DNA of 64,000 bases from Bacteroidota bacterium (GTDB lineage Bacteria > Bacteroidota > Ignavibacteria > UBA10030 > SZUA-254). Each line of letters opens with the position of its first letter. Position 1 is the first letter of the stretch. Below are positions 1 to 9,310 of this stretch, in pieces. The stretch is taken from contig JAWOKN010000096.1 in the NCBI GenBank assembly GCA_033854175.1, positions 73,725 through 137,724 of the forward strand, read 5' to 3'. The notes beneath the pieces were generated by a model. The model made no database searches and was not told the DNA's origin. It saw nothing but the letters and a program-made list of their open reading frames with translations. The position numbers and the translations under genes are program-made.

Positions 1-1
1 C

Positions 2-586
2 AAGGAATTTGCTACGCTCATGAAGGAATACACCGATGGGGTGGTTCTCTATAAGGCAGAGCAACTTGAGGTGTGGAACAGGACTTCGGTCACCGATTCC
101 GCTCTCAGGGTATTCTATGAACAGAACCGTGAGAAGTTTATGTTTCCCGAACAAGTCAAGATCAATGAGATCATTTTCGATTCAGATACTACTGCAATGA
201 TGATTTACGATTCACTCGTTCACGGTACCGACTTTACCGGACTTGCATCCCGCTGGAATACCGATACGAAATTGCGTGAAGATAAAGGTGCACGCGGCCT
301 GGTGAGCGTCGATGCTGATTCTGCGACTCGACGGGCTGCGCATCTCGGAGTCGGGGAATATTCTGATCCTGTAGAAATAGATCGTGGTGAGTATGCCATT
401 GTACAACTTCTGGGCAAAGAGGCGCCGCGTCAGAAAACATTTGAAGAAGCAGGTGCAGAAGTTTCAAATCTCTATCAGGAGTATGAATCTAAGCGGCTCG
501 AAGACGCTTGGATTGACAAAATTCGGCAGCGATATCCAGTTAAACAGTATAAAGAAAATCTCAAGGTTGCATTTCAATCCAACTAG
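2..586 (+). CDS. PpiC/parvulin-type peptidyl-prolyl isomerase, C-terminal part (5' end lies outside the window)
   Basis: The frame is open from the window edge (K-E-F-A-T-L precedes the listed Met at 20). It has a parvulin-like core, VKINEIIF...GTDFTGLASRW...GARGLVS...YAIVQLL. The stop is TAG at 584-586. Confidence 0.7.
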   Translation, partial: KEFATLMKEYTDGVVLYKAEQLEVWNRTSVTDSALRVFYEQNREKFMFPEQVKINEIIFDSDTTAMMIYDSLVHGTDFTGLASRWNTDTKLREDKGARGLVSVDADSATRRAAHLGVGEYSDPVEIDRGEYAIVQLLGKEAPRQKTFEEAGAEVSNLYQEYESKRLEDAWIDKIRQRYPVKQYKENLKVAFQSN

Positions 587-651
587 AGGGCATATTTATA
601 GATCAGCGTGTTCAACGAACGGTTGTTATTGCTGTTGTTCTTCTCGTAGTC

Positions 652-1467
652 TTGTTGCAAGATTGCGGCAAGCGGTTACCCCCCTCTACGGTCATTGCAC
701 GCGTGGGGAGCGATACACTCACGCTTGAGGAAGCAGTTCGTCATATCGATACCACCCGCAGTGACAAGAATATCCAATTACGTCAGTATGTTGCTTCTTG
801 GATAAATGTGGACTTAGTGTATCAGGAAGCCCGTCGGAAGGGGATTGAAAATTCCGCATCTGTGAACCGCCAACTTGAAGATATACGCCGACAGCTGGCA
901 ACCCAATCCTTTCTTGAACAATATGTCTATAATGACACAACAGCGATCCCTGACGATACTCTCCGGTCATATTTTGGGAATCATGCAACTGAATTTTTTA
1001 TCCGTGAGGATGTAAAACAACTAAATATTGCGCTCATAAACAGCCGGGAAAAAGCCAGCGCATTTTCGGCAACTATCGCGCAAGGAACACCATGGGGAGC
1101 CGCACTAGCAGCTTTTGTAAAAGATTCTTCTTCCGCTTCAACACTCCTCTCAGTGTCTACAGGAAAATATTACACCGTGCACACCATTGTTCCGCAGGAA
1201 ATCTGGAAAGTTACCCAGTCGCTCTCACCTGGGGAAGTTTCCTATCCCGTGCGGACGGCCGCTGGGTACATCGTGGTTCAGACGGTCCGGACATTTAAAC
1301 AGGGAGGATCATCCCCCTTTGATCTCGCGAAGGATGAAATATTTCAGCGCATCCTCTTGGACCGGCGTCGAAAAAATTATGATGAATTTCTCAGAACGTT
1401 ACGTAACCGGTATCCGGTTCAGGTGTATTTTTCCCCATCAATTGATTCGGCTGCTCACCATGAATAA
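652..1467 (+). CDS. SurA_N/parvulin-like periplasmic chaperone, probable lipoprotein; the true start is probably upstream of 652
   Basis: 271-aa ORF with a SurA-N-like helical region (YVASWINVDLVYQEARRKG, RRQLATQSFLEQYV) and a degenerate parvulin C-terminus. An in-frame signal peptide is encoded upstream of the listed TTG start (see finding). Confidence 0.65.
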   Translation: MLQDCGKRLPPSTVIARVGSDTLTLEEAVRHIDTTRSDKNIQLRQYVASWINVDLVYQEARRKGIENSASVNRQLEDIRRQLATQSFLEQYVYNDTTAIPDDTLRSYFGNHATEFFIREDVKQLNIALINSREKASAFSATIAQGTPWGAALAAFVKDSSSASTLLSVSTGKYYTVHTIVPQEIWKVTQSLSPGEVSYPVRTAAGYIVVQTVRTFKQGGSSPFDLAKDEIFQRILLDRRRKNYDEFLRTLRNRYPVQVYFSPSIDSAAHHE

Positions 1468-2740
1468 GATATTTTATTTGTCGATCCTGCTCCTAGGATT
1501 GCGTGCTTTATCGCCTTCGCAGGAAACGGTCCTGGATAAAATCGTTGCAGTTGTCGGAAAAGAACCAATTTTACTTTCTGATCTAAACGCCCAGGTGGAA
1601 TTTTATGCACTCAATAATCGTGCCGATCCATCGGCGCCGGGCTTGAAGGAACAAGTGCTCGATGCGATGATAAATGAGAAGCTGATGCTCGCGCGGGCAC
1701 TTGAGGATACAAACGTCTCGGTAAAGGAAGATGATGTGACCGCGCAACTCGATGCACTGATCGCGCAAAGGGTCCAACAGGTCGGTTCGGAAAAACGCCT
1801 AGAAGAGATTTACGGTATGCCAATATCCAGGATGAAACGGGAGTTCAGGGATGAGACCCGCAAACAACTTCTTATACAGGATCTTCAGCAGTTAAAGTTT
1901 GGATCTCTCGAACCGACGCGTCATGAAGTGGAAGAATTCTATCAACAGTTCAAAGACAGCCTGCCGAAAGTTCCCGAAGAAGTCGAGCTCTATCATATTT
2001 TTGTCACCCCGAAGGTTAGTCCGACTATGAAAGCCATCGTGAGGGCAAAGGCGCAGAAGATTTTAGATTCGATCCGTGCAGGAGGTGATTTTGCGGATTT
2101 TGCGAAAAGGTATTCCGAGGATAAAGCGACTGCGGCAGCCGGGGGAGATCTCGGGACATGGCGGCGGGGACAGTTCGTAAGTGAATTTGAGGAAGCTGTT
2201 TTTGCTTTAAAGGATAGTGCCATTTCAGATATCGTGGAAACCTCACGGGGGTTTCACATCATTCAGCTCCTTGAGCGCCGCGGGGAATCTATTCATGCGA
2301 GGCAGATTTTGTTTAAACTGGGTCTCGATAGCACGAGTGCGGAAACGACGAAGGCATTTTTGATAAAATTGAGAGACAGCGTGCTCCAGGGCCAGGCGAA
2401 GTTTTCCGATCTGGCAAAAAGGTACTCTGAGGATAAAGAAACCGGTCCCATGGGTGGATATGTAGGGGAATTTCCTTTTGAACAGCTTGAAAAGTCTATG
2501 CAGGAAATCGTGAAATCTCTGAAGGATGGCGAGATTAGCCAGCCTGAGCCGATCGCGTCCTCGACGGTGTCCGGGTACCAGATTGTTCTTCTTAAAAAAC
2601 GGTCTCCCGAGCATGCGATGAATCTTAATGATGACTGGAAGCGGCTTGAGCAACTTGCGACATCGTATAAACGCAACGCAGAATATCAGAAATGGATCAA
2701 ACGTCTTCGTTCGGAAATTTATTTGGACATACGATTATAA
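1460..2740 (+). CDS. surA: SurA-like periplasmic chaperone with two parvulin PPIase domains
   Basis: The ATG at 1460 (ATGAATAA overlap with the upstream stop) gives the signal peptide MNKIFYLSILLLGLRALSPSQ. It has a SurA_N-like DKIVAVVGKEPILLSDLNAQV and two parvulin cores (FADFAKRYSEDKATAAAGGDLG, FSDLAKRYSEDKETGPMGGYVGEF). The listed 1187 start lies inside the previous gene. Confidence 0.8.
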   Translation: MNKIFYLSILLLGLRALSPSQETVLDKIVAVVGKEPILLSDLNAQVEFYALNNRADPSAPGLKEQVLDAMINEKLMLARALEDTNVSVKEDDVTAQLDALIAQRVQQVGSEKRLEEIYGMPISRMKREFRDETRKQLLIQDLQQLKFGSLEPTRHEVEEFYQQFKDSLPKVPEEVELYHIFVTPKVSPTMKAIVRAKAQKILDSIRAGGDFADFAKRYSEDKATAAAGGDLGTWRRGQFVSEFEEAVFALKDSAISDIVETSRGFHIIQLLERRGESIHARQILFKLGLDSTSAETTKAFLIKLRDSVLQGQAKFSDLAKRYSEDKETGPMGGYVGEFPFEQLEKSMQEIVKSLKDGEISQPEPIASSTVSGYQIVLLKKRSPEHAMNLNDDWKRLEQLATSYKRNAEYQKWIKRLRSEIYLDIRL

Positions 2741-2754
2741 TCTGAGATAAAATT

Positions 2755-3762
2755 ATGGAGAGTACTACAAAGGCTCAATTGGTGGATAACGACATTGAAA
2801 AAGTCGATAGTCTGAAGAAGAACTTCCTCTCGCTCAAGAGCGAAATTGCGAAGGTTATCATTGGTCAGGAAGACACTATTGAACACCTTCTGATCTCACT
2901 TCTCGCCCGGGGGCATTGCCTTCTTGTCGGAGTTCCGGGTCTAGCGAAGACGCTTCTGATTAAAACACTCGCCGAGGTTCTCGATCTGAAATTCAACCGA
3001 ATTCAGTTTACACCAGATCTGATGCCGAGTGATATTACCGGCACAGAGATTATTGAGGATAACCGGACAACGGGAAGCAAATCGTTTAAATTTGTCAAAG
3101 GCCCGGTCTTCGCGAATATCCTCCTCGCGGATGAAATTAACCGGACTCCCCCCAAAACGCAGGCGGCCCTGCTTGAAGCGATGCAGGAACATCATGTAAC
3201 AGCGGCGGGACAGAAGTACATCCTTGAGGAACCATTCTTCGTTCTTGCCACGCAAAATCCTATCGAACAGGAAGGTACATATCCCTTACCGGAAGCACAG
3301 CTTGATAGATTTATGTTCAATCTCTGGCTTGATTATCCGTCCCAGAGCGAGGAACAGGAAATCGTCCGTTCGACAACGAGCATGTACATTCCGCAGCTCC
3401 ATCATGTTCTTGCGAAGGAGGAAATTTTGTCGTACCAGGATGTGGTACGTAGGGTCCCGGTTGCAGATAATGTCATTGAGTATGCCGTCGATCTCGTGAC
3501 GCGGACCCGTCCAAAGATTAACACGGCTCCGCAATATATAAAAGACTGGTTAAGCTGGGGCGCCGGTCCTCGCGCATCACAGTACCTCATTCTCGGTGCA
3601 AAGACCCGGGCCATTCTCGACGGACGGTATTCTCCGGATATCGAGGATGTTCGGCAGGTGGCTGGTATTGTGCTCCGTCACCGGATAGTTCCGAATTTTA
3701 ACGCCGAAGCTGATGGCGTCACAGCCATGCAGATTGTGGAAAAGCTTCTCGGACAGAGCTGA
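2755..3762 (+). CDS. moxR: MoxR-family AAA+ ATPase
   Basis: Walker A is GVPGLAKT and Walker B is LLADEINRTPPKTQAALLEAMQE. At 335 aa it is the typical MoxR size. Confidence 0.9.
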   Translation: MESTTKAQLVDNDIEKVDSLKKNFLSLKSEIAKVIIGQEDTIEHLLISLLARGHCLLVGVPGLAKTLLIKTLAEVLDLKFNRIQFTPDLMPSDITGTEIIEDNRTTGSKSFKFVKGPVFANILLADEINRTPPKTQAALLEAMQEHHVTAAGQKYILEEPFFVLATQNPIEQEGTYPLPEAQLDRFMFNLWLDYPSQSEEQEIVRSTTSMYIPQLHHVLAKEEILSYQDVVRRVPVADNVIEYAVDLVTRTRPKINTAPQYIKDWLSWGAGPRASQYLILGAKTRAILDGRYSPDIEDVRQVAGIVLRHRIVPNFNAEADGVTAMQIVEKLLGQS

Positions 3763-3771
3763 GGAAATATT

Positions 3772-5841
3772 GTGCTGATCCATTCAGGATTGGTTCGTTC
3801 GTTGATCCTTACTTTCCTTGTCATCTGGCTATTAAACCCTGGAAAAATCCTTGGGCAGAAAAAATACTGGATTTATTTTGCCGACAAAGGACCCACATCA
3901 ACGGCTCCCGCATCACTGGCCACGGGTTCACCGCTGTATAACAACCTCATCTCAGAGTTCAATCCGCATGCGCTCGTACGGCGGGCCAAAGTTCTCCCGC
4001 ACTCTGTGCTGTTCACAACTGCCGATCTGCCGATTTATCAGAGGTACATTGATGCCGTAAATGCATCAGGAGCGGTCATCGTTCATCAGTGCAGGTGGTT
4101 CAATGCGGTAAGTGCCCTGATGATGCCATCCCAGCTTAAATATGTCCGATCGCTACCCTTTGTTGTGGGGACAGAACCTGTAAAATCATTTTCTCGTAAG
4201 TGGATTAAGGGTCAATTCCCAGGAGCGCATCAGCCGCTTTCTGATCTTTCGATTGATACAACCGCCTGGCTGACTCAGCTTCAGGCCGTCAACATTATTC
4301 CTCTTCATTCCCTCGGCATTACGGGAGAAGGAGTTTTGATAGGAATGCTCGATACCGGATTCCGGTGGCGCGTGCATGAAGCGTTGAAGACCAGGCATGT
4401 GATTGACGAGTACGATTTTGTTTTTCATGATGACACAACGGCGAACCAGACTGGCGATAATCCGTATCAGGATTATCATGGAACAATGACGATGTCACTA
4501 ATCGGTGGATATAAACCCGGCTTGTTGATAGGAGCCGCATATGATGCGTCATTTATTCTGGGAAAGACCGAGGATATCAGAAGTGAGAAAGAGATCGAGG
4601 AAGATAATTGGGCCGCGGCAATTGAATGGATGGAAAGAAATGGTGTTGATGTCGTCAGCAGCTCACTGGGGTATAATATCTTTGACGATGGCACGGGTTA
4701 TACTTGGGAAAATGGTGATTTTAATGGTCGGACTTCAATTACCGCCAGGGCCGCTGTCCGAGCGGCGGAGCTCGGGGTTGTTGTTTGTAATTCAATTGGG
4801 AACGAGGGTAATGGCGATGGTGTCATCGGTACTATGCTCACTCCCGGTGATGCCGACAGCATTCTATCTGTCGGAGCCGTCAGTCTCACCCGTCAGCTTG
4901 AACCGTTTAGTTCGACAGGGCCGACCAATGACGGCAGGATAAAACCGGATGTCGTGGCACCCGGTGATCTGGGTATCATTTTTGCCGTCCCACCTGACGG
5001 TTACAGCCAGGGGGAAGAGGGAACGTCACTTTCGACACCTTTTGTCTCAGGTTCTGCGGCATTATTACTTTCTGTCCGTCCTGAGTTAACACCTATTCAA
5101 ATACGTGATGCTCTGCGCAATACGGCTGATACCGTAGATGTGGCCACTTATCCCTCCATCCCGAATAACTTTACCGGATGGGGTCAGGTGAATGCTTTCC
5201 ATGCCGCGCTATCCTTTGGTCCGATTTTCAGTAACCATCCGTCAACGTTCGTCATACATGGTCAGAACGTCATCGAAACGGATGTCGTTTCCAAGTTTGG
5301 CATTAACCGCGATAGCGTCATCCTTCATTTTACACTTGGGAAAAGTAAAGTTTTTCAATCGATACCGATGGATCTTGATTCGTCAATGTTTTTCATGACA
5401 TCGGGGCGCTATCGCGTAGCTGTTCCGGTGCAGACATATGACACTCTTGTCCAGTTCTATGTCGATGTTGTTGACAGCGCTGGTAACCAGTACCGCAGTC
5501 CTTCGCCCGCAAGTACACATCTTTGGCAGTTCAATTATGGTATCGACTCTGTCAGATTATCTCCCACGCTCCCATCACACTATACGCTGTATCAAAACTA
5601 TCCTAATCCGTTTAATGGATATACAACAATCGAGTACGATCTTCCAACAGGAGGGTTTGTCTCCCTGAAAATCTATACTATTCTTGGAGAAGAGGTAGCG
5701 ACGCTTGTCGACGGGAGGCAGGATGCGGGAACGAAAATCAAGAAGGTATTCGACGGTACACATCTTCCATCTGGAGTTTATTTCTATCGTCTCCGGACCT
5801 CTTCGTTTGAAACGACGAGAAAAATGCTTATCCTGAAATAG
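3772..5841 (+). CDS. Secreted S8 (subtilisin-family) serine peptidase with a T9SS C-terminal sorting domain
   Basis: The catalytic triad contexts are GMLDTGF, HGTMTMSL and GTSLSTPFVSGSAALL. It has an N-terminal signal peptide and the C-terminal Por_Secre_tail pattern YQNYPNPFNGYTTIEYDLP...GVYFYRL. It starts with GTG. Confidence 0.9.
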   Translation: MLIHSGLVRSLILTFLVIWLLNPGKILGQKKYWIYFADKGPTSTAPASLATGSPLYNNLISEFNPHALVRRAKVLPHSVLFTTADLPIYQRYIDAVNASGAVIVHQCRWFNAVSALMMPSQLKYVRSLPFVVGTEPVKSFSRKWIKGQFPGAHQPLSDLSIDTTAWLTQLQAVNIIPLHSLGITGEGVLIGMLDTGFRWRVHEALKTRHVIDEYDFVFHDDTTANQTGDNPYQDYHGTMTMSLIGGYKPGLLIGAAYDASFILGKTEDIRSEKEIEEDNWAAAIEWMERNGVDVVSSSLGYNIFDDGTGYTWENGDFNGRTSITARAAVRAAELGVVVCNSIGNEGNGDGVIGTMLTPGDADSILSVGAVSLTRQLEPFSSTGPTNDGRIKPDVVAPGDLGIIFAVPPDGYSQGEEGTSLSTPFVSGSAALLLSVRPELTPIQIRDALRNTADTVDVATYPSIPNNFTGWGQVNAFHAALSFGPIFSNHPSTFVIHGQNVIETDVVSKFGINRDSVILHFTLGKSKVFQSIPMDLDSSMFFMTSGRYRVAVPVQTYDTLVQFYVDVVDSAGNQYRSPSPASTHLWQFNYGIDSVRLSPTLPSHYTLYQNYPNPFNGYTTIEYDLPTGGFVSLKIYTILGEEVATLVDGRQDAGTKIKKVFDGTHLPSGVYFYRLRTSSFETTRKMLILK

Positions 5842-5854
5842 GATCATTTGATGC

Positions 5855-8035
5855 ATGCTGGAGATGCCAGGGACTATTTCTATATCGTTGACGGGAGGAT
5901 ACGGAATTTTTCTCTTACTGACGGGGCTTGCTATCCTCGCCGCGTTTGTTTTTTATCGATTCACGCTCCCCCCGCTCTCACCCGGCCGGAGGGTGGCATT
6001 GGCGCTTCTGCGTGGTATTGCCCTCGCTCTTCTCATCCTTCTGTTATTTGAACCTCTCCTGCGAAATATTTATCACACGCAAACGCCACCCTGTATCGCT
6101 GTTGTCGTCGATAATTCTCAGAGCATGTCGCTTCGCGACGGTACCGGAGACCGTGCATTGATGATGAGACAACTCCTGCACGACAAACAGTTCAAGAACC
6201 CACTTCCGGGCTGGAAGTTGAGGTATTACACATTTTCATCAGCCCTCTCACTGCCGTCGGAAAATCTGCCAGATTCATTAAGTCTGAACGGGGAGACAAC
6301 GGATCTCAGCGATGCTCTGAACACTCTCAGGTACAAAACCGATGAGGAGAACATCCGCTCGGTAGTCATAATCACCGATGGGGATTATACGACCGGGAAA
6401 AATCCCCTCTATGCTGCTGAGGCCCTCGGGATTCCTGTGTATACTGTTGGAGTCGGTGATACAGCGGAGCAAAAGGATGTGCTAATCGAAGATGTAAACA
6501 CAAACAATCTTGTTTATGCTGGTGAACGAGTGCCGGTCGATGTCAGCGTTAGAAGCTCTGGTTTCCAGAATGAAAATGTGACCGTGAGTATCTCGGGCGG
6601 TGGAGCAGTAGTGGACCATAAAAATCTTACATTGGGAAGTGGAACCCGATCTTATATCGTTCGGTTAGAGGTTGAACCAAAAGAGGAAGGTATTCAGAAA
6701 TTTACCGTTGATGTCTCGAAACTACCGGGCGAATTGACTGATAAAAACAATGTTCGGTCGATATACATGAGGGTATTGAAAAACCGGCTGCGTGTAATTC
6801 TTGTAGGAGGGGCTCCCAATCCTGATATCTCTTCGATCTATCAGATCTTAAAAGAGGATGAACATAACAATGTCACGGAGTTTGTACAGAAAAGTTCATC
6901 GGAATTTTACGGTGGTGATCTGACAACCGGTGTCCTCGACAGTGCAGATTGTCTTGTGCTGGTCGGATTTCCTACTACTACGACGAACCCATCAGTTATT
7001 GAGCGGCTTGTTCAGGGCATTGACCGGAAAAAGATACCCCTCTTGTTTGTTGGTGGAAAGTTCATCGATTGCGGAAAGTTGACCTTGATAGAACCCATAC
7101 TTCCCTTCATTTGCAAGGGTGTTGCGTCAGGGGGAGAGATGACTGTTTTTCCCGCGATTCCAGATAAGGCAAAAAATCAGGAGTTGATACTTCTGGACGG
7201 AGATGCCACAGTACCCGACTGGCAGAAGCTCCCGCCAATCTACAAAGCGCAGATGACTTTTCAGGCAAAACCTGAATCGGACGTATTGGCTACTCTTTCC
7301 GTGCATAATATTGTTTTGCCCGAACCTCTTATTGCCACACGATCGGTGGCTCGGCAGCGTTCACTGGGTATTACGGGCTACGGGCTTTGGCGATGGCGAT
7401 TGATGACGCAGGACGATGAAAGAGTTGGACGACTTTTTTCATTGTTCATGACAAACGCGGTGCGGTGGCTGACAACGGATGAGAATGAAAAGCATGTGAA
7501 AATCGTTCCCGTGAAAGATGCCTTCATCACGGCAGAGCCTGCTAAATTTACCGCCCAGGTATACAATGATCAACTCAGACCCGTCGACAATGCCGAAATG
7601 GTTGTCGAGGTATCAAGGGGGACTGAAAAAACTCCATTGGTCATGACACCGGTCGGTAACGGCAGATATGAAGGCTCGCTCGGGGGACTTCCGGAAGGTG
7701 ACTATGCATTTTCCGGCAAGGCAGCCCTCAATGGTATTGTCCTTGGGGAGGATAGGGGTCATTTTTCCATTGGGCAATTAAACGCAGAATTTCTCGAAAC
7801 GCGGTTGAACAAACCCCTCTTGGAACAGATAGCATATCGAACCGGTGCGAAATACTATCCTGTCCAGAAAGCTGAATTCCTCCTCACGGATTTGCAGTCT
7901 TCTCTGCGTCCAGTTCCAAAGGATCTGATCCATTCAAGTGAAATTGAAATGTGGAATTGGAAATACTTCGCTGGGATTATCATCTTGCTCTTCGCAACAG
8001 AATGGTTGTTCCGGAAGCGAAGCGGCATGATCTGA
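5855..8035 (+). CDS. Large membrane protein with a BatA_N-type double-TM N-terminus and a VWA domain
   Basis: The N-terminus has two TM helices (GIFLLLTGLAILAAFVFY, ALALLRGIALALLILLLFEPLL). A MIDAS-like VVVDNSQSMS is present, and there is a C-terminal TM helix (YFAGIIILLFATEWLF). It sits 13 nt after the protease gene. Confidence 0.75.
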   Translation: MLEMPGTISISLTGGYGIFLLLTGLAILAAFVFYRFTLPPLSPGRRVALALLRGIALALLILLLFEPLLRNIYHTQTPPCIAVVVDNSQSMSLRDGTGDRALMMRQLLHDKQFKNPLPGWKLRYYTFSSALSLPSENLPDSLSLNGETTDLSDALNTLRYKTDEENIRSVVIITDGDYTTGKNPLYAAEALGIPVYTVGVGDTAEQKDVLIEDVNTNNLVYAGERVPVDVSVRSSGFQNENVTVSISGGGAVVDHKNLTLGSGTRSYIVRLEVEPKEEGIQKFTVDVSKLPGELTDKNNVRSIYMRVLKNRLRVILVGGAPNPDISSIYQILKEDEHNNVTEFVQKSSSEFYGGDLTTGVLDSADCLVLVGFPTTTTNPSVIERLVQGIDRKKIPLLFVGGKFIDCGKLTLIEPILPFICKGVASGGEMTVFPAIPDKAKNQELILLDGDATVPDWQKLPPIYKAQMTFQAKPESDVLATLSVHNIVLPEPLIATRSVARQRSLGITGYGLWRWRLMTQDDERVGRLFSLFMTNAVRWLTTDENEKHVKIVPVKDAFITAEPAKFTAQVYNDQLRPVDNAEMVVEVSRGTEKTPLVMTPVGNGRYEGSLGGLPEGDYAFSGKAALNGIVLGEDRGHFSIGQLNAEFLETRLNKPLLEQIAYRTGAKYYPVQKAEFLLTDLQSSLRPVPKDLIHSSEIEMWNWKYFAGIIILLFATEWLFRKRSGMI

Positions 8036-8225
8036 GGTTCGAGGAGGAAGTATTCCCGTTACGGAGGGGGGATATCAATCCTTCATTGCATTTCCGTGCT
8101 GAAAGCTGTATCTTCGATACAGTCAGGTCCTTTTCCTTTCCGGCAATAATCAGAGATGCTTGAAGTTATTGTATCCTCGTTTGCCGGATAACGACCCTGG
8201 TTAGTTTCACGGAATGAGATAGAGT

Positions 8226-8867
8226 ATGGCGAATGGACATTCCCCCGATAATACGCCAAAAGTTATCCGCAATCATCGTATTCCCCACATTCCTGAATTG
8301 CGTGTTGCGGATAATCTCTTTCATTCGAGATTTTCTCCCTCATGTGCAATGGCAAAATGTCCAAGCTCATGCTGCAAGTTTGGCGTATATGTAGATATCT
8401 CGCACCGCGATGAGATTTTGGCTAATCAAGATCGTATCCGAAACCAAATGGATGATCGGCAGGAACATGATGAGCACCAATGGTTTGAGGATAAAATCTA
8501 TGACGATACAGATTTCCCGAGCGGGAGGGCCATAGGAACCCGAGCGATGTGGTATGGCTGTGTATTTCTCGACGCGGCCGGAAAGTGTGTACTCCAGAAA
8601 ACCTCGGATGAAAATGGCCCGGGACAAGATTCACTGAAGCCGTTTTATTGTATTGCCTATCCGATCACCATCCATCAGGGTGTTTTAATGTATGACGAGG
8701 AAAATTTTTTAAATAGCCCAGAATGTTGCCGTCCTACTCCGGGGGGCACACAGAATGTACTTGATATCTGCGAGAAGGAATTGTTGTTTGTACTTGGAGC
8801 AGACGGACTGCAAGAATTCAGGAATTTGATGAAGATAGAACTATCCCGCCGACCTGAACAACACTGA
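8226..8867 (+). CDS. Cys-rich hypothetical protein, DUF3109-like
   Basis: The cysteine motifs CPSSCCKFGVYVD, GCVFLDAAGKCVLQ and KPFYCIAYPI resemble my memory of the DUF3109 pattern. The start may be an internal Met. Confidence 0.55.
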   Translation: MANGHSPDNTPKVIRNHRIPHIPELRVADNLFHSRFSPSCAMAKCPSSCCKFGVYVDISHRDEILANQDRIRNQMDDRQEHDEHQWFEDKIYDDTDFPSGRAIGTRAMWYGCVFLDAAGKCVLQKTSDENGPGQDSLKPFYCIAYPITIHQGVLMYDEENFLNSPECCRPTPGGTQNVLDICEKELLFVLGADGLQEFRNLMKIELSRRPEQH

Positions 8868-8983
8868 ACTGCCGCCAGGGTTGAAAGCTCGTGATCATTT
8901 CCCGTATTTCCATCCCCGTTCCGATAAAATGCTACAGGACAGGTGCCAACGGGATTTTCAGCAATAGATTTTACGGGCTAAAT

Positions 8984-9002
8984 AGTGGCCTCTGCCACTT
9001 TT
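8984..9002 (+). terminator. Weak hairpin plus T-run (AGTGGC-ctct-GCCACT-TTT)
   Basis: A 6-bp perfect stem (8984-8989/8994-8999) is followed by TTT. It lies between the DUF3109-like gene and the convergent small ORF. Confidence 0.35.
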
Positions 9003-9037
9003 GAGTATTGGTTAGGGGGGAGTGAGATGAGGTGCAG

Positions 9038-9154
9038 TCAGCCAAACATGACCATGATTGTGTCGAGGACACCGAGAAAAAGATACACTGTAATCCCGAT
9101 GGCAACAACCCACCACAAACTTAAGGAAATCCTTTCTTGTAGAACAAGTTCCAT
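9038..9154 (-). CDS. Unlisted 38-aa single-TM small protein (MELVLQERISLSLWWVVAIGITVYLFLGVLDTIMVMFG)
   Basis: Hand translation gives an ATG at 9154 preceded by AAGGA 6 nt upstream, and a TGA stop at 9038-9040. A sigma70-like promoter lies about 40 nt upstream, and the core is hydrophobic. Confidence 0.35.
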   Translation of the reverse strand: MELVLQERISLSLWWVVAIGITVYLFLGVLDTIMVMFG

Positions 9155-9192
9155 AATATCCTTGTAACGGATTTATCTTACTCTTCCATACC

Positions 9193-9221
9193 AATATACT
9201 TCCATCAATGATGAATATCAA
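9193..9221 (-). promoter_or_regulatory. Candidate sigma70-type promoter TTGATA-17-TATATT
   Basis: On the minus strand the -35 is at 9216-9221 and the -10 at 9193-9198, with an exact 17-nt spacer, upstream of the 38-aa ORF. Confidence 0.4.
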
Positions 9222-9310
9222 CACCAAAATGCGAACACCCCGAAATCGGGGGAAATGCCGGGGTTATTGTAAAAGAAAATCAGGGAAAATGATGCTGTGC
9301 GGAGGGGTGG

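Noticed and set aside
1187-1459. N-terminal 91-aa extension of the SurA-like ORF
   Set aside because: It overlaps the 3' end of the preceding gene in another frame. The ATG at 1460 gives a clean signal peptide and an ATGAATAA stop/start junction.
8106-8122. Hairpin CTGTATC-ttc-GATACAG after the VWA gene as a terminator
   Set aside because: The 7-bp stem is AT-rich and only a weak T-rich tract follows, so it is too marginal to call.
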